Positions 18,478-26,761 of a DNA stretch of 64,000 bases are shown piece by piece. The stretch spans positions 65,929-129,928 of the forward strand of contig CALVXI010000003.1 of NCBI GenBank assembly GCA_944368975.1. The letters are read 5' to 3'. A program made the position numbers and the translations under genes. Numbering within the stretch: position 1 is the stretch's first letter; each line of letters opens with the position of its first letter. This stretch comes from an uncultured Bacilli bacterium (GTDB taxonomy: Bacteria > Bacillota_I > Bacilli_A > RFN20 > CAG-826). The notes beneath the pieces were generated by a model that was given only the letters and a program-made list of their open reading frames with translations, was not told the origin of the DNA and made no database searches.

Positions 18478-20246
18478 AAAAGAAGAAGCTTTGTTTACTT
18501 TCTTTAATTGGCGTTTTAGCTTTTAGTGGTGCAATCTTAGTAACAAGTTGTGATCCTAATTCTCAAAATGTTAGTGGTGCAACTTTAAGTTATACTGCTC
18601 CTAGTAACTGCACTGTTAAATTTAATAGAATTGTTAATGGTACCCCAGGAAGCTTAGATATTAGTAATGCAACTTTTAACGAAGGCGATAAAGTTAATGT
18701 TTATGTTGTTGCTGATAATGGCTATGTTATTAATAAAGTTACTTTTAATGGTGAAATAATCCGTCCTAGTGCAAACGTCTATAGTTTAACTTTTGTTAGT
18801 GGAACTAATACATTAGAAATTGATATTAGATTAATTGAAACAACAATGGATATGTTTACTTTTGAGCTCGATGAAGAAACTCAAAATGAACTTACATTAG
18901 TTTCATATACACCTAATGGTGATAATCCATATCCTCTTGTTATTCCAGATACCGCTACCGTTAATGGTAAAGAATATCCTGTTACAAGTATTGCAAGTGA
19001 TGTTTTTTCAAATAGTGATGTAGCTAGTATTCGTATTGGAAAAAATTTAACAAATATTGATGGATCAACATTCTTTAATGCTTATAACTTATCTTATCTC
19101 GAAGTTAATGAAGAAAATCCGATTTTCAGTGCTGAAAATGGAATTTTATATAATAAAGACAAAACTACCATTATTTCAGTTCCACGTAATTATGATTGTG
19201 ATGGAACATTTAATGTCATTGATAGTGTAACTTCAATTGGTGATTATGCTTTCTGCCAAAATAGAAGTATTGAAACATTTAATTTAGGTACAAAGATTAC
19301 TAGTATTGGAAACCATGCTTTTGAAAATATCTTTAGTTTAACTGAAATTAAAATACCTGATACATGTAAAAAAATTGGTGATAATGCTTTTGCCAATTGT
19401 ACTTCATTACTTCGAATTGATTTTGGAGAAGGACTAGAAGAAATAGGAGCTTATGCTTTTGAAAGCTGCACAACTTTATTAAGTTTAACTATTCCTGACT
19501 CATTAGTTACTATTAATGATAGTGCCTTTACAAGTAATAAATCTTTAATGAGAATTTATTTTAGCAAAGAAGGAACTTCAAAATTAGAAACTATTGGGCC
19601 ATCTGCTTTCCAAATGTGTAATTCTTTAAAAGGTTTTACTGCTCCAAGTAGTTTAAGAAATATTGGGGTTAATGCTTTCTTTCAATGTGAAAGCATGACT
19701 GAAGTTACATTAAATGAAGGTTTACATAGTATTGGAGATGGTGCTTTTTGTTATTGTAATAATTTAAAAGCTCTTACAATTCCATCAACTGTGACAGTTT
19801 TGGAAGGTAATCCATTCTATGAATGTCCTGGTTTAAATGAAGAAACACTTATTTTTAGCGGAGAAACTCCTAATTTCAAGATTGTAAATGGTGCTGTTTA
19901 TAGTGCTGATGGAACTGTCTTACATAGTGTTTTACCTTATTCAAATAGTATTAGTGATACTTATGAAGTTTTAGAAGGAACTAAAATAATTGCTTATAGA
20001 GCATTCTGTATCGTTCCTATTTCAAAAGTAATTATTCCAACATCAGTTAATGAAATTCAAGTTCAAGCCTTTATGCAAATTACTGGTGGTATCTCTATTG
20101 AATATAAAGGGACAACTGAAGAGTTTAGAGCTCTAAAGAAAAGTGAATATATGGTTTATGCATCTATTTTAAGTGGAGATGGTGTTATTTGTAGTGATGG
20201 CACTGTTTTATGGACTGAATTTTTAGATGAATCTGTAATTCAATAA
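18474..20246 (+). CDS. lipoprotein with N-terminal beta-sandwich module and BspA-type leucine-rich repeats
   Basis: Lipobox LVTSC. The N-terminal module reads GDKVNVYVVADNGYVINKVTFNG...YSLTFVSGTNTLEIDI. It is followed by about 10 repeats of the I(G/D)..AF..C..L..(I/L).IP type, for example IGDYAFCQNRSIETFNLG, IGNHAFENIFSLTEIKIP, IGDNAFANCTSLLRIDFG and IGAYAFESCTTLLSLTIP. Confidence 0.8.
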   Translation: MKKKKLCLLSLIGVLAFSGAILVTSCDPNSQNVSGATLSYTAPSNCTVKFNRIVNGTPGSLDISNATFNEGDKVNVYVVADNGYVINKVTFNGEIIRPSANVYSLTFVSGTNTLEIDIRLIETTMDMFTFELDEETQNELTLVSYTPNGDNPYPLVIPDTATVNGKEYPVTSIASDVFSNSDVASIRIGKNLTNIDGSTFFNAYNLSYLEVNEENPIFSAENGILYNKDKTTIISVPRNYDCDGTFNVIDSVTSIGDYAFCQNRSIETFNLGTKITSIGNHAFENIFSLTEIKIPDTCKKIGDNAFANCTSLLRIDFGEGLEEIGAYAFESCTTLLSLTIPDSLVTINDSAFTSNKSLMRIYFSKEGTSKLETIGPSAFQMCNSLKGFTAPSSLRNIGVNAFFQCESMTEVTLNEGLHSIGDGAFCYCNNLKALTIPSTVTVLEGNPFYECPGLNEETLIFSGETPNFKIVNGAVYSADGTVLHSVLPYSNSISDTYEVLEGTKIIAYRAFCIVPISKVIIPTSVNEIQVQAFMQITGGISIEYKGTTEEFRALKKSEYMVYASILSGDGVICSDGTVLWTEFLDESVIQ

Positions 20247-20282
20247 TTTATTCGATAGTATCAATAAAATTTAATATATATT

Positions 20283-20335
20283 AGTGAGGACTTAAGAAGG
20301 TTTTAACTCTTATAGTCCTCACTATTCTTATTTTA
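20283..20335 (+). terminator. Rho-independent terminator
   Basis: 10-bp stem AGTGAGGACT / AGTCCTCACT with a 21-nt partly paired loop, then ATTCTTATTTT. Confidence 0.55.
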
Positions 20336-20364
20336 CAATATTCAAAGTTTAGGAGGAGAATTTG

Positions 20365-22185
20365 ATGAAAAAAAGAAATATATTGACATTAACTTCAGCC
20401 TTACTACTTGGTGGTTTTCTAGCTTCGACAAGTCTTGTATCTTGTGGACCAAGAAATACTGTCCATACAATTACAAGCGTAGCAGAACATGCTACAGTCG
20501 GCGGATTACCAAGTCAAGCAAGTAGCGGAGAAACAATTACATTTACAATATCATTCGATGCTGGTTATGTAATTGGTGAAGGTGGAATTCAAATAACACG
20601 TGATGATGGTAGTGTTGTTATCTTAATTAATAATGGTGATGGAACTTATACATTCACAATGCCTGATGCAAATATCACAATTACTGTTGATACTGCTGAA
20701 GTAGTTACACCATATGATTTTATGCAAAATATGGTTGGTGATGAAGAATATAGAGTTACTATTACTGGTACTGAAAAGGGCTTATTTGATAATAGTTCAA
20801 TAAGCGTTAATAGAGTAGTTGATGTTGGACCAAATTCGTTAGTAATTAACAACATCGGTTTCGGACAAGTTAATGGTTACATTAATAAAGACGGAAAAGC
20901 TGCTTATTTTAATGGTGGTTACAACAATCAAACTCAAGAAATTGAAATTGTTCCAGGCTATTTAATGGAAAATGGTGTTAATGAAGAGGGATATAGTGAC
21001 TTCCATAAAGCTTTATTATTACCAGGAGATGAAGGAGATTTATATAATTCTGGATTACTTCCTACTCAAACCTCCGCAACATATAGTTTTATTTTAAGTA
21101 ATCAAAATTATAGTGATGATTTCTATGATACAATGGTTTGGGCTTTCCTTTGCGGCTTAACTGGATCTTTACCAAATTATATAAGTGAAGCAAGTTATCG
21201 TGCAGTAAGTGAAACAAAATTGATTGTTAATTTAACTTATTCGTTTACTTATGGTACTAATAATTTAAACTGTGAATATACAATTGAAGTTGATTTAGAT
21301 CCTGAAGAAACTTTAAATAGTCAAATTGAAGAAATTTTAAGTAAAGATACATTTGAAAGAAAAACAATTGCTGAAGGTAGTGAAGGCTTCTTAACTGATG
21401 TTGTTGAAACTGCTAATCACCCATATGCATTAGCTAATCAAACCTTAATTCAAAGTGATGAACAAGGTAATCAAGTAGGTAGTGTCACTGGTAATATTTA
21501 CTTTAATCCTACTGAAGGTCAAGAATATGTAATGTTTGATGCTGAAAATGAAGAAACAGCAACTGGTGAGTTACCTTTACTTTATGGCTTATATTTTGAT
21601 AATGGTAAATTAGTTTTATTAAATCAATCAGCAAGTGGAACTACAACGGCTTACTATGTCTTTGGCGAATATAAGCTTGAAGATGGTTCAACTATGTCAG
21701 GTGAAGAAATCTATAAAACGCTTTATGGCTTTGAATCTGACTGGGAATTATTATCCTATATGGCTACTGTCTTTAGTTTATCAGTTAGTTTAGATGAATT
21801 TGGAGTAAAGGCATACGCTAATTATTTTGAATATGTCGATGATTATTTAAGTGGTACCCCTAACGATAACGACCATAATTATTGGATGCAAGATTTTTAT
21901 GGAACAATCGGTTATACAAGAAGTTATGATCCACTTGAATTTAGCATTATGTATAAAGCTAAATATCAATATCTTGGTTATGGATTTAGAGTTACATTAG
22001 ATGCTGAAAAGCAACCTGAAACTATTGAAGTTCAAGTAATAGTTCTTGATTTACAAGAAGGCGTTTCGGGATCAATTGATTACTCTGAAATTTATACATA
22101 CTCTAATTTTGGAGAAACATCTACTGACTTTGATTCTTATCTTTTAGGTAATCCAGTTACACCTGAATATCCTGAACAAGCATAA
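20365..22185 (+). CDS. lipoprotein with N-terminal beta-sandwich module plus two-lobed family body
   Basis: RBS AGGAGG. I prefer ATG 20365 to the track's TTG 20362. Lipobox SLVSC. The N-terminal module ends in YTFTMPDANITITVD. The hinge motif is LNSQIEEILSKDTF and the late motif is EIYTYSNFGETSTDF. Confidence 0.7.
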   Translation: MKKRNILTLTSALLLGGFLASTSLVSCGPRNTVHTITSVAEHATVGGLPSQASSGETITFTISFDAGYVIGEGGIQITRDDGSVVILINNGDGTYTFTMPDANITITVDTAEVVTPYDFMQNMVGDEEYRVTITGTEKGLFDNSSISVNRVVDVGPNSLVINNIGFGQVNGYINKDGKAAYFNGGYNNQTQEIEIVPGYLMENGVNEEGYSDFHKALLLPGDEGDLYNSGLLPTQTSATYSFILSNQNYSDDFYDTMVWAFLCGLTGSLPNYISEASYRAVSETKLIVNLTYSFTYGTNNLNCEYTIEVDLDPEETLNSQIEEILSKDTFERKTIAEGSEGFLTDVVETANHPYALANQTLIQSDEQGNQVGSVTGNIYFNPTEGQEYVMFDAENEETATGELPLLYGLYFDNGKLVLLNQSASGTTTAYYVFGEYKLEDGSTMSGEEIYKTLYGFESDWELLSYMATVFSLSVSLDEFGVKAYANYFEYVDDYLSGTPNDNDHNYWMQDFYGTIGYTRSYDPLEFSIMYKAKYQYLGYGFRVTLDAEKQPETIEVQVIVLDLQEGVSGSIDYSEIYTYSNFGETSTDFDSYLLGNPVTPEYPEQA

Positions 22186-22207
22186 AAAATACAAAAAATA
22201 AAAATAA

Positions 22208-22231
22208 GTTAGGTCACTGCGGTGACCTAAC
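22208..22231 (+). terminator. GC-rich hairpin without a U-tract (weak terminator or RNA-stabilising/processing hairpin)
   Basis: GTTAGGTCAC TGCG GTGACCTAAC forms a perfect 10-bp stem with a tetraloop. It lies 20 nt before the RBS of the S8 protease gene. No T run follows. Confidence 0.35.
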
Positions 22232-22252
22232 TCTAACTTATAAGGAGGAATT

Positions 22253-25200
22253 ATGCGTAAAAAGTTAAGAAATTTATTATTTGTTTTACCTTTTGCAGCT
22301 TTAGCATCAACTTCTTTAAGCTTTAATACATCAGAAAATCTTTATGAAGAAAGAGATAAAGAACTCATTGTATTTTTAGAAAAAGAAGCTAATCCACTTA
22401 ATTTCTTTTATGAATTAAATGGTGTAACCACTAATTATAAAGTTGTTGAGACTTATACTAGTGATTTATATGGACATGGTTATTTACTTGAAGTAAATAA
22501 TGAATATCTTGATGAAATTGATAGTTTAAATACTGTTATTGTAACAAGTGAAAATAAAACATACGAAGTTGATGAACAACTTGATAATTATAATTCATAT
22601 ACAGTTTATACTGATCCATTAACTAATAATTCTATAAGCGACATGAATGTTCCTAGTAGTAGCGATTCTAAACTTGGTGAAGGAACAGTTATTGCAGTTC
22701 TAGATAGTTCTTTTTCACCAGCTCATGAATCATTCCAACCTTTAACTGGCTCTGCTGCTGAAAATGCAAAATTATCAGAAGAAGATGTTAATGCATTTAT
22801 CGCTGAAAAAGGTTTAGATTATGGAAGTTATTATAATAACAAAATTCCATATTATGGAGATTATGCTAATAATGATAAAGACACCGAGTCTTTAACAAGT
22901 ACTCATGGAATGCACGTTTCTTCTGTTGCTGCAGCTAACGGAGAATTTAAAGGCGTTGCACCTAATGCTCAACTTGTTTTTATGAAAATATTTAGCGATA
23001 GTGGCAATACCCAAATGTTTAGTGAATCTGCTGTTATTCGCGCTTTAACTGATTGCTATGAATTAGGTGTTGATGCTATCAATATGTCATTTGGTAGTGA
23101 TTTAAGTGAATTTTTACCAAGTGGTATTGATTATTTACTTACTTTACTCACTGAAGCTGGAATTACTTCAAATATTGCAGCTGGTAATAGTGGTAAAGGT
23201 AATTTCTTAAGTAGTGGAGTTTATCAATATCACACAACCGATATGATTGAAACAGGTTATTTAGGAAATTATGCAGCTAGTGAAGCTGGAACAACTGTTG
23301 CTGCTAGTAACTTAATTAGTGATAATTCTGTTGAAAGTAGTGTTGCTGTTTTAGATGTAACTGGAGCAGATTTAACAAATAGTGAAAATGTTTTAGATTA
23401 TGGTTCAACTTTATCTGGTACCGACCAATTAATCGACTATGTTTATGAAAATAATGATGGAAATAATAGTGAATACGATGTTGAACAACCTTTCTCTAAC
23501 TTTGTAGATGATCCTGAAGCTATCGCTATAAGTGAACAATATGGTGGAACTCATACTGACACCTATATTGATTTACCTTATATTGTTATTCCTGGTTTAG
23601 GTGCTGAAGAAGGTGAAACACCAAGCGAAGGAAGTGCAATTTTAAATAATGACTATGCCGAATTAGATAAACTTACACCTAATCCAGTAAAAGGTAAAAT
23701 CGCTGTTGTTCGTAGAGGTGAATTTAACTTTGCTAAAAAAGTTATGAATGCAGTCGAAAGAGGCGCAATTGGAGTCATTATTTATAACTATGAAGGTAGC
23801 GGCGATGCTGGAAGAATGGATCTTAATGATTTGCCTGCATCAATGCAAGTACCAATTTATTATGTTAGTCAAGATGATGGTGCTATGTTAACTGAAAAAG
23901 CAAAGGGTGATTATGACACTGGTATGTTAAGAATTAGTCAAAGACAAATTGCTAATTTCTCAACAGATGGCGCTACAGCTGACTTAAGAATGAAAGTTGA
24001 AATTACTGCACCTGGAGAAAATATTGCTGGTGCTATTAATGTTCAAGAAGGACGTTATAACGATACCGATCATGGTTTAGGTTATACTGAAATCCCTGTT
24101 AATCAAAGAGAAATCACTCATGATTCATATATGTATATGAGTGGAACAAGTATGGCTGCTCCTAACTATAGTGGAGCATATGCAGTTGCTTTAAGCGATT
24201 TAAAGACATCTTTAAATGCTACAACTAGTGAAGATGAATTAGCTTTAAAGAAAAATATGAAAACTCGTATTATGTCTACTGCTGATGTCTTATTTGATGC
24301 TAATGGAGCACCAGTTTCTACTAGAAGACAAGGTGCTGGTCAAGTTGATGTTAGTAATGCAATTAATTCACCTATTTATTTAAGTGCAGCTACTCCAAAA
24401 AAAGTTACTAATGAAAGTACAAGTGGCAATTCAGTTACTGCAACTTACTATGATGGAAAAATTGAATTAGGCACAACTACTCAAAATGGATTAATTGATT
24501 TTGATTATTTAATTCATAATGAAAAAGGTTTAAGTGGAATTACTTTAAATGCTTCTTTATATGTTACTGTACCTGAATTATTAGTTACTGATACAGCTGG
24601 TGATAGTTTCCAAGACTTTGAAGGAACTAAATTTCAATCAATTTATCAAAGTGTTGTTGATAAAGTTACACTTGAACCTATTACTTTAACTGGTGAAGAA
24701 ACTCAAAAAACTAGTGTAAATTATCAAATTCCTCAAGAAACTATTGATGAAATTATGACTAATTATGAAGATGGTATCTATCTTGAAGGATTTGTTGTTC
24801 TTGAAAGTGCAACAGGTGAAACAACTGAAGATATTCATGTTAATTTACCATATTTAGGATTCTTAGGTGATTATAGTAAAGGTTCAGCAATTGAAGAATT
24901 TAATTTTGAAAAAGAAGAAGGAAAGATTTATCCAAGTGCTTTATTAAATAATGCCCTTGAAGTTACTGGTGTCAATTTACCTAATGGTAATTTTGAATCA
25001 TTAATTAATGTTGGTAGTAATATTACAAATGCAACAATTAGTTCTTTCTTAAATAATACTGCTGATCCAAATGAAGTTCTTTTACCAATTCATGGTGAAG
25101 AAATTGATGGAACATACCATATTTATGCTGGTGCTACTGATATTGCTGATGAACTTTATATTCAAACATTCGTTAAACGTAGTGTTTTAAGTAATTCATA

Positions 25201-26155
25201 TACAATTACTGCTGAAGGTTCATCAACTCCTTTAATTACCGGTAGTTTATCTGACTCAATTTCCTTTGGTGGAACAGCATTAGCAAGAACACTTGCTACT
25301 AGCGATTTATTTACTACTGGTGAAGTTGCTCATAGAGGTTACACTAAAGTTGATTTAAGTAGTTTAAGTGATGGAACCTATAACTTTGATTTCACTTTTA
25401 AATTAGGCGCTAGGTTTACTCAAACTAAACATTATGTATTACATATAGAAAAAGATAATACATTACCAACTGTTGATAGTTATTCATATAACTATGATGC
25501 TAATACAATTGATATTAGTTTTACCTCATCAATTTATACATTAACTGCTAATGGTATTAGTGCAACCAGAGTTGGTGATACACTTGATACATTTACAATT
25601 CAAATGCCTGATGATCTTGAATATAACGATTCAGTTACATTCAATGTCGAAAGTAATAACTATTATACATTATTAGGCGTTACTAGTTTAGATGATGACC
25701 GTGTTGCAACATTATGGAATGGTAATGTTGGCAATGGTTATTCAATAGAATTAGATATTTCTGAATTTAATGGATTTGATAGTGGTATTGCTAATCTATA
25801 TACAGTTTACTTATATAATGCTAGTGGTAATGCTGTTGATGAAGTAGGGAGTGGATTAAATATTACTATTAAATTAGATGAAGCTTACGCAAATAGTGAT
25901 ATTGAAGTTTATTCATATAGCACAACTGGTTTAAAACGAATTACTAACTTTACAAAAGATGGTCAATTCCTCTCATTATTAAGTGATTCTGATCAATTTA
26001 TTGTAAGAACTACTAGTGCTGGAGGAGATAATGGTCCAGTTGATTCTACAACTTGGATTATTGTTGGTTCAGTTATTGGTGGTGTAGTCGTTTTAGGTGG
26101 AGTTGGTGTTGGTCTTTATTTCTTACTTAGAAAGAAGAAAAAGAACGTAGCTTAA
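22253..26155 (+). CDS. cell-envelope subtilisin-like serine protease (S8 family, PA-domain insert, lactocepin/C5a-peptidase-like), C-terminally TM-anchored
   Basis: RBS AGGAGG and an SPase-I type signal peptide. The catalytic triad contexts are VIAVLDSSF (Asp), HGMHVSSVAAANG (His) and MSGTSMAAPNYSG (Ser). The oxyanion region is AAGNSG. The PA-domain signature is GKIAVVRRGEFNFAKKVMNAVERGAIGVIIYN. The C-terminus is GGDNGP...VIGGVVVLGGVGVGLYFLLRKKKKNVA. Confidence 0.9.
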   Translation: MRKKLRNLLFVLPFAALASTSLSFNTSENLYEERDKELIVFLEKEANPLNFFYELNGVTTNYKVVETYTSDLYGHGYLLEVNNEYLDEIDSLNTVIVTSENKTYEVDEQLDNYNSYTVYTDPLTNNSISDMNVPSSSDSKLGEGTVIAVLDSSFSPAHESFQPLTGSAAENAKLSEEDVNAFIAEKGLDYGSYYNNKIPYYGDYANNDKDTESLTSTHGMHVSSVAAANGEFKGVAPNAQLVFMKIFSDSGNTQMFSESAVIRALTDCYELGVDAINMSFGSDLSEFLPSGIDYLLTLLTEAGITSNIAAGNSGKGNFLSSGVYQYHTTDMIETGYLGNYAASEAGTTVAASNLISDNSVESSVAVLDVTGADLTNSENVLDYGSTLSGTDQLIDYVYENNDGNNSEYDVEQPFSNFVDDPEAIAISEQYGGTHTDTYIDLPYIVIPGLGAEEGETPSEGSAILNNDYAELDKLTPNPVKGKIAVVRRGEFNFAKKVMNAVERGAIGVIIYNYEGSGDAGRMDLNDLPASMQVPIYYVSQDDGAMLTEKAKGDYDTGMLRISQRQIANFSTDGATADLRMKVEITAPGENIAGAINVQEGRYNDTDHGLGYTEIPVNQREITHDSYMYMSGTSMAAPNYSGAYAVALSDLKTSLNATTSEDELALKKNMKTRIMSTADVLFDANGAPVSTRRQGAGQVDVSNAINSPIYLSAATPKKVTNESTSGNSVTATYYDGKIELGTTTQNGLIDFDYLIHNEKGLSGITLNASLYVTVPELLVTDTAGDSFQDFEGTKFQSIYQSVVDKVTLEPITLTGEETQKTSVNYQIPQETIDEIMTNYEDGIYLEGFVVLESATGETTEDIHVNLPYLGFLGDYSKGSAIEEFNFEKEEGKIYPSALLNNALEVTGVNLPNGNFESLINVGSNITNATISSFLNNTADPNEVLLPIHGEEIDGTYHIYAGATDIADELYIQTFVKRSVLSNSYTITAEGSSTPLITGSLSDSISFGGTALARTLATSDLFTTGEVAHRGYTKVDLSSLSDGTYNFDFTFKLGARFTQTKHYVLHIEKDNTLPTVDSYSYNYDANTIDISFTSSIYTLTANGISATRVGDTLDTFTIQMPDDLEYNDSVTFNVESNNYYTLLGVTSLDDDRVATLWNGNVGNGYSIELDISEFNGFDSGIANLYTVYLYNASGNAVDEVGSGLNITIKLDEAYANSDIEVYSYSTTGLKRITNFTKDGQFLSLLSDSDQFIVRTTSAGGDNGPVDSTTWIIVGSVIGGVVVLGGVGVGLYFLLRKKKKNVA

Positions 26156-26167
26156 AATTTATAATTA

Positions 26168-26200
26168 AAAGCCTAGAAGGAAGCTTCTAGGCTTTATATT
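26168..26200 (+). terminator. terminator hairpin
   Basis: 12-bp stem AAAGCCTAGAAG / CTTCTAGGCTTT with a GAAG loop. The T residues lie within and just after the 3' arm. Confidence 0.55.
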
Positions 26201-26205
26201 AAATT

Positions 26206-26616
26206 ATGAAAAAAATTAATATTTCTTATAGAGATTTCTTTAATTTATATAATCTTGTTCATTTTTTAGTATCGTTAGTGATAGCAATTTTATTTAATGT
26301 AATTTATTTATGGATTACTGATTTTACCATTTTAAATTTTATTGATTCAACATTTGTTAGTGGTCTTATAATGATTGGTATTGGTTTTTTATCTATTGCA
26401 AGTAATGATGGTTTATTTGATTCAATTATTGTTGGATTTGCTAATTTATTTGAAGTATTTAAAAAGAATGGCACTAAAAAATACGATGGTTTATATGAAT
26501 ATCGTGAAATTAAAAAAGAAAAACGAAGAGCAAAAAGATTTACCTTCTTATGTTATATCTTGAGTGGGTTAATAGCGATATTTGTATTTTTAGGATTATA
26601 TTTTACGTATTTTTAA
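26206..26616 (+). CDS. small 3-4 TM membrane protein (possibly DUF3899-like)
   Basis: 136-aa ORF with hydrophobic helices and a basic loop YEYREIKKEKRRAKR. The family assignment is from memory only. Confidence 0.45.
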   Translation: MKKINISYRDFFNLYNLVHFLVSLVIAILFNVIYLWITDFTILNFIDSTFVSGLIMIGIGFLSIASNDGLFDSIIVGFANLFEVFKKNGTKKYDGLYEYREIKKEKRRAKRFTFLCYILSGLIAIFVFLGLYFTYF

Positions 26617-26680
26617 GATTTAATCGAATAAATTTTAATTATATTAAGGATAAATAAAGATACTTTTTCATAATTTTAGG

Positions 26681-26705
26681 AAATGTTATTTATAAAATAA
26701 CATTT
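26681..26705. promoter_or_regulatory. perfect 10-5-10 inverted repeat upstream of oppA (candidate operator)
   Basis: AAATGTTATT TATAA AATAACATTT lies 57 nt upstream of ATG 26762. No T-tract follows it, so it does not look like a terminator. Confidence 0.35.
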
Positions 26706-26761
26706 AACAGTGTACATGCTAGTTTAGATGTAATATTTTATTAACTTATAAGGAGGATCTT

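Noticed and set aside
26672-26686. CodY-box-like AATTTTAGGAAATGT upstream of oppA.
   Set aside because: It matches only 11 of 15 positions of AATTTTCWGAAAATT, which is expected by chance in DNA this AT-rich. The presence of CodY in this lineage is also unknown.
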